Shown here one piece after another: positions 9,573 to 19,133 of a stretch of 60,689 nucleotides of DNA; positions within the stretch are counted from its first letter, which is position 1; each line of letters begins with the position of its first letter. Under the pieces are notes generated by a model that was not told the origin of the DNA, ran no database searches, and was given only the letters and a program-made list of their open reading frames with translations. Both the position numbers and the translations under genes were made by a program. The DNA is from Haloferacaceae archaeon (GTDB lineage Archaea; Halobacteriota; Halobacteria; Halobacteriales; Haloferacaceae): contig JBDGPV010000003.1 of the NCBI GenBank assembly GCA_042219485.1, forward strand, positions 1-60,689. The letters are read 5' to 3'.

Positions 9573-10280
9573 GTGCCGCGCTTCGAGTACCCCTGTCCCG
9601 ACTGCCGGACGACGAACAGCCTCCACGAGGCGGGCTGCGAGTTCGAGGGCGTGGCGTGGGCCCGGATCGAGGACGCGTACTTCGACGTGATCGCCCCGCT
9701 CGCGACCGGCGTGCGCTCGGCGGCGGCGCTCCGCGAGCGGTGGGCCGACGCCGATCACGAGGGGCCGGCGGAGGCGGACGGCCCGCCCGGCCCCTCGGGG
9801 GCGGTCCGGCCCCGCGGCTCGGGCGCCGGCGGGGACGCGGCGGTCCCCGACGCGGACGCCGACGGGGTCGACCCGGTCGACCTCCGCGCGGCGGCGCTCG
9901 GCCGGCTGAAGCGGGAGGGCCGCGTGGACGACCGCGACGGTCGCCTCCGCCTGCTGACCGCCGAGGAGTTCCGCGAGGAGGTCGCGGAGCCGACCCACGA
10001 GCCGCTGGCGACGATCCACCGCCACGGCTCGGTGCCCGGCTGTCACGACAACGCCGTCTTCGCGATGATCGCGTGGTACGAGATGGTGGGGCTCTCGTGG
10101 GCCGAGACCCGCGAGCGGGTCATCGAGTGGCTGGAGGAGAGCGGCGCGTGGGACCGCGGCGGGTTCGAGGAGTCCTCGCCCGCGGAACTCGTCGACAAGA
10201 AGCGCCACGTCTACGAGTCGGGCTACGGCTGGAAGGAGAAGGCCCGGGCGGCAAAGCGGGTGATCGAGCGGCGGTCGTGA
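9573..10280 (+). CDS. Conserved hypothetical protein: N-terminal CxxC...C zinc ribbon plus C-terminal helical PriCT-like domain
   Basis: A GTG start at 9573 follows a GCTAAGACC TATA-like box by 28 nt. N-terminus: YPCPDCRTTNSLHEAGCEF. C-terminus: PGCHDNAVFAMIAWYEMVGLSWAETRERVIEWL...SPAELVDKKRHVYESGY. Confidence 0.6.
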   Translation: MPRFEYPCPDCRTTNSLHEAGCEFEGVAWARIEDAYFDVIAPLATGVRSAAALRERWADADHEGPAEADGPPGPSGAVRPRGSGAGGDAAVPDADADGVDPVDLRAAALGRLKREGRVDDRDGRLRLLTAEEFREEVAEPTHEPLATIHRHGSVPGCHDNAVFAMIAWYEMVGLSWAETRERVIEWLEESGAWDRGGFEESSPAELVDKKRHVYESGYGWKEKARAAKRVIERRS

Positions 10281-11051
10281 TCAGGCGACCCGCCGCCACC
10301 CGGCCCGCCCGACGACGCCGAGGCCCGCGGCGATCACCACCGCGCCCGCGACGCCGAGCGGCAGCACGACCGTCCCGCCCCCATCGGCGACCCGGGCCGC
10401 GACGACGAGGACCCCCCGACGACGGTCGCCCCGCCCAGTGCCGTCCCCGGCCGGTGGGTCGCGCCGACCGCCGCCCAGCCGAGGGGGACGGCCGCGGCGG
10501 CGACCAGGAGGCCGAGGACGCCCCCCGGCCGCCGCGTCCGCCGCGACGACGCCCCCGAGGACCGCCGCCCCGCCGCCGGCGGCGACGGCCGGTTCGCGGG
10601 TGCGGTCCCGACGCCAGCCCGCGACGCCCGCCGCGGCGACGGCCCCGGCGAGGAGCCCCAGCGCGGTCCGGGTGAACAGGTCCGCGGGGAAGAGTCCCCC
10701 GCCGGCGTGCGTCGTCAGCCGGTAGTACCGGCCCCCCTTCTCGACGGCGTATATCCCCCGCCCGTAGTCCGCGTAGTCGCTGTAGAAGAACTCCGGCGGG
10801 CGGTCGTCCTCGCCGTAGACGGTCGCCTCCCCCCCGGGATCGGCCAGCGCCGCGTCGAACGCCCGCTTGGCGGCGGGCGAGAGGTTCGCGTAGCTCCCGA
10901 CCTCGACCTCCGGGGGGACCTCGCCCCGGTCGATCCGCTCGACCGAGTGGTGGTACTCCGGCTGGCCGGCGTGCGGAAAGAGCACCGCCGGGACGCCGAC
11001 GAGCAGCGCCGCGACGAGGAGGGCGGCGACCGCGGGGACGCGTCGGTCCAT
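10281..11051 (-). CDS. Membrane-anchored hypothetical protein (signal anchor, soluble domain, C-terminal helices)
   Basis: N-terminal hydrophobic anchor, conserved-looking FFYSDYADYGRGIYAVEKGGRYYRL, and hydrophobic C-terminal helices. An internal 35-aa Arg/Pro/Gly stretch looks like a compensated frameshift (see findings). Confidence 0.6.
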   Translation of the reverse strand: MDRRVPAVAALLVAALLVGVPAVLFPHAGQPEYHHSVERIDRGEVPPEVEVGSYANLSPAAKRAFDAALADPGGEATVYGEDDRPPEFFYSDYADYGRGIYAVEKGGRYYRLTTHAGGGLFPADLFTRTALGLLAGAVAAAGVAGWRRDRTREPAVAAGGGAAVLGGVVAADAAAGGRPRPPGRRRGRPPRLGGGRRDPPAGDGTGRGDRRRGVLVVAARVADGGGTVVLPLGVAGAVVIAAGLGVVGRAGWRRVA

Positions 11052-11226
11052 GCGCGGGAAGCGACGCCCACCCGGTAAGTGTCTTCAGCCCCCGCGGGCG
11101 CCGACCGGTTCGATCGAGGCCGACGGACGGCGGTTCGCGGGACGCGGACAGGGGGCGGGGCAACGCGGGGGGACCCGAAACGCGGCACGCGGGACGCGGG
11201 AGACGGCGGCGCCGACCGCCCTCCCG

Positions 11227-11973
11227 TCACTCGCTCTGGATGCGCGGGGCCAGCATGTACGTGACCGATCCCATCCCCTCGGCGAACCCGTAGTGGAGTT
11301 TGACCGGGAACTCCTCGCCGAGTTCGATGGTGACCTCGGCGTCGCTCGGGATGGCCCTGTTCATGTCCTTCAGGTAGTCCAGCGAGAACAGCGAGTCGGC
11401 CGGCCCGCCGGCGGTGAGGTCGATGTAGTCATCCGGTCCGAGTTCGAGGTTCACGTCGTCGGTGTCGCCCTCGGCCTCGACCCGGAACGACTCGCTCTCC
11501 TCGTCGACCCGGAGCCGGATGTGGTCCGAGACCATGTCGGCGGCGGTGATGCCCCGGTCGAGCTGGGCGCCCTCGAGGACGATGGTCGCCGAGAGGTCGA
11601 GGTCGGGGATGTCCGGCTCCTGCCGGATGGAGTCGGGATCGATCAGCGCCAGCGTGTACGAGAGGCCGTCGATGCGGATCTGGAGCTTCCGGGTCTCCTC
11701 GTCGAGTTCGAGGTGGACCAGGTCGCCCGCGTTGGCCATCCCGGCGATGTCCTCCAGCCTGTTCAGGTTCACGCCGATGACCCCCTCGTCGGCCTCGAAG
11801 GACTCGAAGGCCGCGGCGTCGAGGTCGAGGTCGACCATCCCGACGTTGGCCGGATCGACCGCCCGGATCCCGATCCCGTCCTCGTTCAGTCGGATCTTGC
11901 ACTCGTCGACCAGGACCCCGACCGAGTCGAGGGCGTCCCGGAGCGTCGCCGCGTCCACGATGGCCTCGAACAT
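11227..11973 (-). CDS. pcn: DNA polymerase sliding clamp PCNA
   Basis: [29 protein letters not shown]... is full-length PCNA at 248 aa. The start at the internal ATG (11973) lies 27 nt from a CTTTTTATAC box. Confidence 0.92.
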   Translation of the reverse strand: MFEAIVDAATLRDALDSVGVLVDECKIRLNEDGIGIRAVDPANVGMVDLDLDAAAFESFEADEGVIGVNLNRLEDIAGMANAGDLVHLELDEETRKLQIRIDGLSYTLALIDPDSIRQEPDIPDLDLSATIVLEGAQLDRGITAADMVSDHIRLRVDEESESFRVEAEGDTDDVNLELGPDDYIDLTAGGPADSLFSLDYLKDMNRAIPSDAEVTIELGEEFPVKLHYGFAEGMGSVTYMLAPRIQSE

Positions 11974-11995
11974 ACACCGCCGCCTACGCGCGGCC

Positions 11996-12005
11996 GTATA
12001 AAAAG
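11996..12005 (-). promoter_or_regulatory. TATA box of the PCNA promoter
   Basis: CTTTTTATAC on the minus strand, centred 27 nt upstream of the ATG at 11973. Confidence 0.55.
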
Positions 12006-12143
12006 CCCCCCGGTTCACGGGGCGTTCCGCGGCGTGACGGCGGCGTCGGCGCTCCGCGTCCCCTCCCGTCGGCCGCCGGTTCCGCCCGGTGTCCCGCGCC
12101 GGCCGAGCGACACCCGTTTAGGCCTCGGCCGGCAATCCGGGGT

Positions 12144-12917
12144 ATGACGCGCCGGGACGAGTACTACAACCGGGCCAAGCAGGAGGGCTACCGGGCCCGC
12201 TCGGCCTACAAGCTCCGGCAGCTCGACGACGACGCCGGCCTCCTCCCGACCGGCGGCACCGTCGTCGACCTCGGGGCTGCGCCGGGCGGGTGGCTCCAGG
12301 TGGCCGCCGAGCGGGTCGGGCCCGACGGCCGGGTGGTCGGGGTCGACCGCCAGCGGATCCGGCCGCTCGACGACCCGGGGGCGACGGTCGAGACCGTCCG
12401 GGGCGACCTGACCGACGAGGGGACCCGCGAGCGGCTTCGGGAGGTCGTGGGCGAGGGGGGTGCCGACGCCGTCCTCTCGGATATGGCGCCGGAGATGACC
12501 GGCGAGTACGAGGTCGACCACGCCCGGTCGGTCCACCTCGCCCGGCAGGCGCTGGAGGCGGCCCTGGCGGTCCTCGCGCCGGGCGGCGACTTCGCGGCGA
12601 AGGCCTTCGACGGCCGGGACCTCGCCGACCTGCGCGAGGCGATCGACGCCGAGTTCGAGTACGTCCGCGAGATGCGCCCGGCGGCCTCCCGGGACGCCTC
12701 CTCGGAGCTGTACCTCGTGGGGAAGGGGCGGCTGACCGCCCCCGTCCGCGCCGGCGACGAACTCACCGTCGATGTGGTCGACACCGGGAGCGAGGGCGAC
12801 GGGGTGGCGACGGTCGACGGCTACACCATCTTCGTGTCCGGCGCCGACGAGGGCGAGACGGTGCCGGTCAGGGTGACCGAGGTGAAACCGCGCTTCGGCT
12901 TCGCCGAGCGGCGGTAG
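12144..12917 (+). CDS. rlmE: 23S rRNA (uridine-2'-O)-methyltransferase RlmE/FtsJ with C-terminal TRAM domain
   Basis: YRARSAYKLRQLD, the SAM motif VVDLGAAPGGW, DMAP, and a C-terminal TRAM-like GDGVATVDGYTIFVSG...VRVTEVKPRFGFAE. Confidence 0.88.
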   Translation: MTRRDEYYNRAKQEGYRARSAYKLRQLDDDAGLLPTGGTVVDLGAAPGGWLQVAAERVGPDGRVVGVDRQRIRPLDDPGATVETVRGDLTDEGTRERLREVVGEGGADAVLSDMAPEMTGEYEVDHARSVHLARQALEAALAVLAPGGDFAAKAFDGRDLADLREAIDAEFEYVREMRPAASRDASSELYLVGKGRLTAPVRAGDELTVDVVDTGSEGDGVATVDGYTIFVSGADEGETVPVRVTEVKPRFGFAERR

Positions 12918-12925
12918 GCGGGGGC

Positions 12926-13645
12926 TCAGTCCGCCGGGGCGACCCGCGCGGTCCCCCGGCCACGCAGGACGGCGACGACCGCGTAGACGAGCGGCGTGTC
13001 GGCCAGGGCCACGAGGAGCTTCAGCAGGTACTGCCCGACCAGCAGCTGGACCAGCACGCCCCGCGATACCGGCGACCCGATGCCGAGCACGAGCGGCGCG
13101 GCGTAGAACGCGACGGTGACGAAGACGGCGGTGTCGATGGCCTGGCTGGTGCCCGTCGAGACGACGTTTCGCAGCCAGAGCAGCGACCCGCCGGTCGCCT
13201 CGCGGATCCGGTGGAAGACGACCACGTCCCAGTTCTGGCTGACGACGTATGCGAGCAGGCTGCCCGCGACGACGTTGGTCCCCGCCCCGAGCACCGCCCG
13301 GAACTGCCCCGCGCTCCCGGGATCCGCCGCCGGCGCGAGGATGGTGAACCAGACGAGCCCGAGCACGACGAAGTTCATCACGAACGCGACGTTCACCAGC
13401 ACCTGCGCCGCCCGCTTGCCGTACAGTTCGGCGTAGCAGTCCGAGGCGAAGAAGGTGAGCGCGTACGCCAGCACCGCCCCCGGCACGAGCACGGTGTTCC
13501 CGACCACCGGGGGCGTGTACGGCCCCGGCACCGGGACGGCGAGCACCTTCGCGGCCGTCAGCTGGGCGGTCACCAGCGCGGTCACGAACAGCGCGGCGAT
13601 GGCGGCCCGCCCGGGGTCCTCGCCCTCGACGAACGACCCGGTCAC
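12926..13645 (-). CDS. Queuosine-precursor transporter family protein (YhhQ/DUF165)
   Basis: Polytopic membrane protein with YVVSQNWDVVVFHRIRE and LRNVVSTGTSQAIDTAVF motifs. Its GTG start overlaps the upstream stop codon (GTGA). Confidence 0.75.
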   Translation of the reverse strand: MTGSFVEGEDPGRAAIAALFVTALVTAQLTAAKVLAVPVPGPYTPPVVGNTVLVPGAVLAYALTFFASDCYAELYGKRAAQVLVNVAFVMNFVVLGLVWFTILAPAADPGSAGQFRAVLGAGTNVVAGSLLAYVVSQNWDVVVFHRIREATGGSLLWLRNVVSTGTSQAIDTAVFVTVAFYAAPLVLGIGSPVSRGVLVQLLVGQYLLKLLVALADTPLVYAVVAVLRGRGTARVAPAD

Positions 13646-13887
13646 GACCCCTCGCCCCCCGCGCCGCCAGCGCGCCCGTCGTTCGTTCCGCCGTCGCCGT
13701 TCCCCGTCGTCCCGCCGCCCCCGCCGAGCCGCCCGTGTCTGGCGTCGATCTCGTCGAGCGCGTCCAGCGTCTTCCGGATGCAGGCCCGCACCGCCTCGCT
13801 GCGGTTGACGAACTTCGCGTCGCTCCCGACGTGCTCGTCGAGGTCGGCCAGCAGCTCCTCGGGCACCTCGACGCTTATCTTGGGCAT
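13642..13887 (-). CDS. Ribbon-helix-helix (CopG/NikR-N-like) DNA-binding protein
   Basis: 81 aa. MPKISVEVPEELLADLDEHV...NRSEAVRACIRKTL has the RHH pattern, followed by a Gly-rich tail. Confidence 0.7.
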   Translation of the reverse strand: MPKISVEVPEELLADLDEHVGSDAKFVNRSEAVRACIRKTLDALDEIDARHGRLGGGGGTTGNGDGGTNDGRAGGAGGEGS

Positions 13888-13938
13888 ATCCGGCGCATAC
13901 TCGAAGGTCGCCCTTTATTACTGCGGTCCGGGCGGGGG

Positions 13939-15801
13939 TCAGCTCCCCCCGTCGACGCCGGTGATCTCGAACCGCGTGCCGTCGGCGCCCCCGGCCAGGT
14001 CGATCGACCAGCCGTGCGCCTCGGCGATCTCCCGGACGATCGCGAGCCCGAGGCCGGTCCCGTCGGAGTCCGTCGAGAAGCCGGGCTCGAAGATCCGGTC
14101 CCGCTTCCCCTCGGGGACGCCGGGCCCGTCGTCGGCGACGTAGAAGCCGTCCGGGAGGTCGCCGACCGTCACCGTCACCCCCGGGCCGCCGTGTTCGACG
14201 GCGTTGCGCACGAGGTTCTCGAGGAGCTGCTGGAGCCGGCCCCGGTCGGCCCGGACCGTGCCCTCGGCCTCGACGGCCAGCGTCGCGTCGGCGGTCTCGA
14301 CGTGTCCCCAGCAGCGCTCGGCGACCGCGGCCAGGTCGACCGGCTCGGGGTCGGTGACCCGCTCGCCCTCCCGGGCCAGGGCGAGGAGGTCGTCGATGAG
14401 CGTCCCCATCCGGTCGAGCGCGTCGGCCGCGGCGTCGAGGTGGTCGCTGTCGCACTCCCGGGCGGCGAGTTCGATCCGCCCGTCGGCGACGTTCAGCGGG
14501 TTCCGCAGGTCGTGGCCGACGACGTCGACGAACCGCTCCAGGCGCTCGTTCTGCCGCCGGAGCGCGCGGCTCCGGTCGACCAGGTCGAGGGCGGTGGCGG
14601 CGTGGCCGACGAGCACCTCCGCCAGGTCCACGTCCGCCCGGTCGAACGAGCCGACGTCGTCGTCGGCGATGGTGACCACGCCGCGGTCCCCGACCGGGAG
14701 GTAGATGGCGGCACGGACCCTCCCCCGATCGATGCCGTCGTCGAGCGTCCTGACGTCGTCGTACACGCAGGTATCGCCCGCCGCGAACGCGAGGCCGGCG
14801 GTCGGCTCGCCGATCTCGTAGGCCGGGCGCTGGCCCCCGAGCGACTCCATCCCGCTGCTGACCGCGACCGGGACGAGCCGGTCGTCGGCGTCGAGCAGCC
14901 GGAAGACGCTGTACGGGAACCCGAGGATCTCGCGGGCGGCCTCGGTCGTCGCCTCGATGACCTCCTCCTCGGCCTCGGCGCCCATCAGCCGCCGCGTCGC
15001 GTCGTGGATCCCCTCGATCCGGCGCTCGTAGGACGCCCGCTCGGTGACGTCGGTGATGAACCCCTCCAGCGCCTCCGGGCTCCCGTCCGGCCCGTCCACG
15101 CCGCGCCCCTGCTCCCACACCCACTTCGTGGCCCCGTCGGCCGTGCGGATCCGGTAGGTCACCTCGAAGGAGTCGTCGCCCGCGAGCGCGTCCTGGACGG
15201 CCTCCCACACCGACTCCCGGTCGTCGGGGTGGACCACCGCCTCCTCCCAGGACACCGGCCCCTCCAGGTCCTCGGCGGCGTACCCGGTGAGCCCCTCGGC
15301 GTCGCCCTCGACGCGCTCCATCGGCCAGCCCCGCTCGTTCCGGCACCGGTAGACGATCCCCGGCAGGTTGCTGATGAGCGTCTCCAGCCGTCGGGTGCGT
15401 TCGCGCAGCGTCCGCCGCGAGCGGCGGGCGTCCACGGCGTCCTCGATCCGGGCGGCGAGCAGCCGACACCACCCCTCGTCCCCCGCCCGGCAGCGGTCGG
15501 TCACTCCCGCCGCGACGGCCTCGCTCGCGGCCACCTCGGCCTCGCCGCGGGTGACGAGGACCGACGGGAGGTCCGGGTGGGCCTCGCGGACGGCCGCGAG
15601 GAACTCGACGCCGCTCCCGCCGGGTAGGTCGCGGTGGGCGACGACGCAGTCGACGCCGCCCCCGTCGAGCCGGTCGAACCCCGCGTCGGCGTCCGGCGCG
15701 GTGCCGACGGCGATCCGGTCGCTCGACCCTTCGAGCCGGGCCGCGGCGGCGTCCGCGAACGACTCGTGCCCGACGAGAAGCACCCGAACCGGCGCGTCCA
15801 T
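13939..15801 (-). CDS. Hybrid sensor: receiver domain, PAS, GAF, then HisKA and HATPase histidine kinase
   Basis: N-terminal REC-like VLLVGHE...[14 protein letters not shown]: [20 protein letters not shown]...THPDD. H-box [11 protein letters not shown]-boxes DDGPGVP and GTGLGLAIV. Confidence 0.88.
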   Translation of the reverse strand: MDAPVRVLLVGHESFADAAAARLEGSSDRIAVGTAPDADAGFDRLDGGGVDCVVAHRDLPGGSGVEFLAAVREAHPDLPSVLVTRGEAEVAASEAVAAGVTDRCRAGDEGWCRLLAARIEDAVDARRSRRTLRERTRRLETLISNLPGIVYRCRNERGWPMERVEGDAEGLTGYAAEDLEGPVSWEEAVVHPDDRESVWEAVQDALAGDDSFEVTYRIRTADGATKWVWEQGRGVDGPDGSPEALEGFITDVTERASYERRIEGIHDATRRLMGAEAEEEVIEATTEAAREILGFPYSVFRLLDADDRLVPVAVSSGMESLGGQRPAYEIGEPTAGLAFAAGDTCVYDDVRTLDDGIDRGRVRAAIYLPVGDRGVVTIADDDVGSFDRADVDLAEVLVGHAATALDLVDRSRALRRQNERLERFVDVVGHDLRNPLNVADGRIELAARECDSDHLDAAADALDRMGTLIDDLLALAREGERVTDPEPVDLAAVAERCWGHVETADATLAVEAEGTVRADRGRLQQLLENLVRNAVEHGGPGVTVTVGDLPDGFYVADDGPGVPEGKRDRIFEPGFSTDSDGTGLGLAIVREIAEAHGWSIDLAGGADGTRFEITGVDGGS

Positions 15802-15895
15802 CGCCCGTTCCCTCGCCGCCCCGTGGCAAAACCGTTGCGCCCCCGCCCCCTCCCGGCTCGATTCCGATCCCGGTCCCGCCCCTGCCCCCGTCCGC

Positions 15896-18064
15896 TCACC
15901 CCGCGTCCGCCTCGCTCGCGCGCGGCGGCGCCAGGTCGCGCCGCCCGCCGAGGGTGATCAGGAAGAGGACCCCGAGGCCGAGGCCGTAGGCGGCCATCAG
16001 CGGGATCGTCACGAGCAGCATCGTGATCGCGTCCGCCGGGGTGAACACCGCGGCGAAGGCCATGATCCCCACGGTCACCTCCCGCCAGCGGTTCCGCATC
16101 GTGCGGTAGGGGATCCCGGCGGTGTTGAGGAGGACCATGAACACCGGGATGTCGAGCAGGACGCCGATCCCAACCGTGGTGAAGAGGATGAGCCAGAAGA
16201 AGTCGGAGATCCGGTACGCGATCACCATGTCCGCCCGGAGGGCGTCGACGACGAGGTACGAGATGACCCCCGGGGCGACGTAGAGGTAGCCGACCGCGAA
16301 GCCGCCGATCAGCCCGGCGAGGAGCGTCCCGGTCCAGACGAAGACCGTCCGGCGGTGCCGGCGGACGAGCCCCCGCTCGCGGAGCGCCGGCCAGGCGTAG
16401 TAGGCCACGAGCGGCAGGGTGGCGACGGCCGCCACCAGCGTCGAGAACTTCACCTCGAAGATCAGCGCCTCCATCGGGTGCAGCGCCACCACCCGGATGG
16501 TGTCCGGCGCGACGACGTCGGGCAGGCGCGAGAGGAAGTGCTCGAACACCCGCCCGATCCCGCCGGTGTAGAGCCAGCCGAAGGTGCCCGCGAGCACCAG
16601 CGCGAAGACCAGCGCGATGCGGAACGACTTGGAGGTGAGGCTGTCGAGCACGAACGAGAGGTCGTCGACGTACCCCCCGATCTCCTCCTCGTCGGCCTCG
16701 CCGTCGGTCAGTTCGTCGGCGAAGGCCCCCGCGGCGCGCTCCGTGCGGTCTCGCACCTCCGGCCCGTCGCCGTCCCCGTCGTCCGCCGCCCCCTCGTTGA
16801 CCTCGTCGAACCGGTCGAGGACCGCCCGGGCCTTCGCCTCGTCGCCCGCCTCCAGGGCGCGGGCCGCGATGGCGCTCGCGGCCTCCTCGTCGAGGCCGGC
16901 GAACGCCTCCGGCGGGGCCGCGCGCACTCCCGCCGCGTCCAGGTCGGCGAGGTCGATGTCGCCGGGCGCGCCCGCCTCGGCCGGCCCGACGTCGGCCTCG
17001 ATCCCGGCGTAGACGTGGTAGGCAAGCGCCGCGACCGCGCCCACGAGGCCGCCGACGACGCCGTAGACGGCGGCGGCTGTCTCGGGGGCGACGCCGAGCG
17101 TCGTCCCGGCCGCCAGGACGCGGTACCTGGAGCCGACCGCCGCGAGCAGGCCGTTGGCCAGGGCCACCCCCCCGCGGGTGTAGAACCCGTAGACCGCGAG
17201 GACGCCGACGGCGCCCGCGCCGAGGATCGTGTTCCAGCGGCGGCGGGCGGTCCGGGCCACGTCGATCCGCTCCGAGCCCCGCTTGGCGGTCACCACCACC
17301 TTCGCCAGGTAGAGGCTGACCCCGTACAGCAGGAGCATCGGCGTCGCCCACATCACCTGCGTGAACGGGTCCGGCGGCGTGAACAGGGCCCCGAAGGCGA
17401 ACATCCCGACGACCGCGTGCCGCCACTTGTCCCGGAAGGTCTCGTACCGGACGATCCCGGCGTACGAGAGCGCCGTCATCGCCAGCGGGAGCTGGGCGGC
17501 GAGGCCGAACGAGAGGGTGAGCAGGAAGACGAACTCCGCCCACAGGACGATCGAGTAGGTGGGCGTGAACCCGACCGAGAGGGCGTTGCCGGCCAGGAAG
17601 GAGAACATGAACGGGAAAAAGAGGCCGTAGCCGTAGGCCAGCCCCGCCACGAAGAGCGCGACCGAGAGGCCGGCGAGGGGAACGGCCTTCCACAGCGGGA
17701 CCGGGGTCGAGGGCCAGAGCCCGCGGGCGATCAGGGCGTCCTTCGCGTAGTAGAGGAAGGGGGGGATCGCCACGAGGACCCCGACGACCATCCCGATCTT
17801 CGCCTGCAGGAGGATGACGTCGAACGGGGTCTGGGCGATGATCTCGTAGCTCTGGCGGGTGGCGGCGTCCATCCGCGCCTCGGTGACGCCCTTCAGGAAG
17901 TCCCAGACGTAGAGCCGGAGCGCGTAAAACGAGCCGAGGAAGCCGGCGAGGAAGACCAGGAACACCTTCCGGAGGTCCGACCGGGCGGCCCGGAGCATGT
18001 CGCCGGCCGTGGCCCGCCCCTCGTCGATGGCCCGCCGGGTGTCCTCGTCGAGCGCGCTCGCCAT
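15896..18064 (-). CDS. tatC: Fused double-domain TatC (haloarchaeal TatCt/TatC2 type)
   Basis: 722 aa. Two complete TatC modules (each with a [12 protein letters not shown] motif) are joined by a long cytoplasmic acidic linker. The start at MASALDED (18064) is taken out of the longer shadow ORF. Confidence 0.88.
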   Translation of the reverse strand: MASALDEDTRRAIDEGRATAGDMLRAARSDLRKVFLVFLAGFLGSFYALRLYVWDFLKGVTEARMDAATRQSYEIIAQTPFDVILLQAKIGMVVGVLVAIPPFLYYAKDALIARGLWPSTPVPLWKAVPLAGLSVALFVAGLAYGYGLFFPFMFSFLAGNALSVGFTPTYSIVLWAEFVFLLTLSFGLAAQLPLAMTALSYAGIVRYETFRDKWRHAVVGMFAFGALFTPPDPFTQVMWATPMLLLYGVSLYLAKVVVTAKRGSERIDVARTARRRWNTILGAGAVGVLAVYGFYTRGGVALANGLLAAVGSRYRVLAAGTTLGVAPETAAAVYGVVGGLVGAVAALAYHVYAGIEADVGPAEAGAPGDIDLADLDAAGVRAAPPEAFAGLDEEAASAIAARALEAGDEAKARAVLDRFDEVNEGAADDGDGDGPEVRDRTERAAGAFADELTDGEADEEEIGGYVDDLSFVLDSLTSKSFRIALVFALVLAGTFGWLYTGGIGRVFEHFLSRLPDVVAPDTIRVVALHPMEALIFEVKFSTLVAAVATLPLVAYYAWPALRERGLVRRHRRTVFVWTGTLLAGLIGGFAVGYLYVAPGVISYLVVDALRADMVIAYRISDFFWLILFTTVGIGVLLDIPVFMVLLNTAGIPYRTMRNRWREVTVGIMAFAAVFTPADAITMLLVTIPLMAAYGLGLGVLFLITLGGRRDLAPPRASEADAG

Positions 18065-18066
18065 GC

Positions 18067-18084
18067 CGAACCGAAGTCGGTTCG
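18067..18084. promoter_or_regulatory. Perfect palindrome CGAACCG-AAGT-CGGTTCG between the TATA-like box and the tatC2 start
   Basis: 7-4-7 inverted repeat starting 3 nt upstream of the ATG at 18064. The TATA-like TTGATAGCC sits at about 18088-18098. Confidence 0.4.
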
Positions 18085-18175
18085 CGGCTATCAATCTTTT
18101 CGACCGTCCCGGCGCGCCGGGCCGCGCGACGGCCCGCGTCGAAAGGCACTTTCCGCCCCGCGGGCGGTCTGTGGT

Positions 18176-19024
18176 ATGCGCGTCGCCGTGCCCAACAAGG
18201 GTCGCCTGCACGAGCCGTCGCTCGACCTGCTCGAACGGGCCGGGCTCCACGTCGAGGAGGGCTCGGACCGGAAGCTCTACGCCGACACGGTCGACCCGGA
18301 CGTGACGGTGCTGTTCGTCCGCGCCGCCGACGTCCCGGAGTACGTCCGAGACGGCGCCGCCGACGCCGGCATCACGGGCCTCGACCAGGTGCGCGAGTCC
18401 GGCGCGGACCTGGTCGACCTGGTTGACCTCGAGTTCGGCCGGTGTCGGCTCGTGCTCGCCGCGCCCGAGGACGGGGCCATCGCGTCCGTCGAGGACCTCG
18501 CGGGCGGCACCGTCGCCACCGAGTTCCCGACCGTGACCGCCGCGTACTTCGCGGACCGCGCGGTCGATCCGGAGATCGTCGAGGTGACGGGCGCGACCGA
18601 GCTCACCCCCCACGTCGACATGGCCGACGCCATCGTCGACATCACCTCGACGGGCACGACCCTGGCGGTCAATCGGCTGGCGGTCGTCGACACGGTGTTG
18701 CACTCGTCGGTCCGGCTGTTCGCCCGGCCCGACGTCGCCGAGGAGCCGAAAGTCCAGCAGCTCGCGACGGGGCTCTCGTCGGTGCTCGCGGCCGACGGCA
18801 AGCGCTACCTGATGATGAACGCGCCCCGGGACCGCCTCGACGAGGTCCGGTCGGTGATCCCCGGGCTCGGCGGCCCGACGGTGATGGACGTGGCCGGCGG
18901 CGGGGACCGGGTCGCGGTCCACGCCGTCGTCGAGGAGCGGGACGTCTACGAGGCCGTCACGGACCTGAAAGCGGCCGGGGCGAGCGACATCCTGGTGACC
19001 GAGATCGAGCGCCTCGTCGAGTGA
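18176..19024 (+). CDS. hisG: ATP phosphoribosyltransferase
   Basis: [23 protein letters not shown]..., [14 protein letters not shown], and a C-terminal regulatory domain. It is the 3' part of a long shadow ORF. Confidence 0.92.
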   Translation: MRVAVPNKGRLHEPSLDLLERAGLHVEEGSDRKLYADTVDPDVTVLFVRAADVPEYVRDGAADAGITGLDQVRESGADLVDLVDLEFGRCRLVLAAPEDGAIASVEDLAGGTVATEFPTVTAAYFADRAVDPEIVEVTGATELTPHVDMADAIVDITSTGTTLAVNRLAVVDTVLHSSVRLFARPDVAEEPKVQQLATGLSSVLAADGKRYLMMNAPRDRLDEVRSVIPGLGGPTVMDVAGGGDRVAVHAVVEERDVYEAVTDLKAAGASDILVTEIERLVE

Positions 19025-19133
19025 ACCGCCGCGTCTTGGCCCCGCGCCCCTGCCCCCCTCCCGGCTCCCGCCACGACTCCGGCCCGGCTCCCGCTCTCGG
19101 CTCCCCGCGGCTCCGGCCCGGCCCCGGCTCCCC

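Noticed and set aside
12926-15829. 967-aa ORF treated as one gene
   Set aside because: Only its last 239 codons (YhhQ-like, hydrophobic, with motifs) look real. The upstream part is a shadow frame over the RHH gene and the hybrid kinase, which are read in other frames.
15368-18175. N-terminal ~935 aa of the 1218-aa plus-strand ORF that ends as hisG
   Set aside because: It is Arg/Glu/Pro/Gly-rich with no domains and lies antisense to tatC2. hisG begins at the ATG at 18176 ([11 protein letters not shown]).
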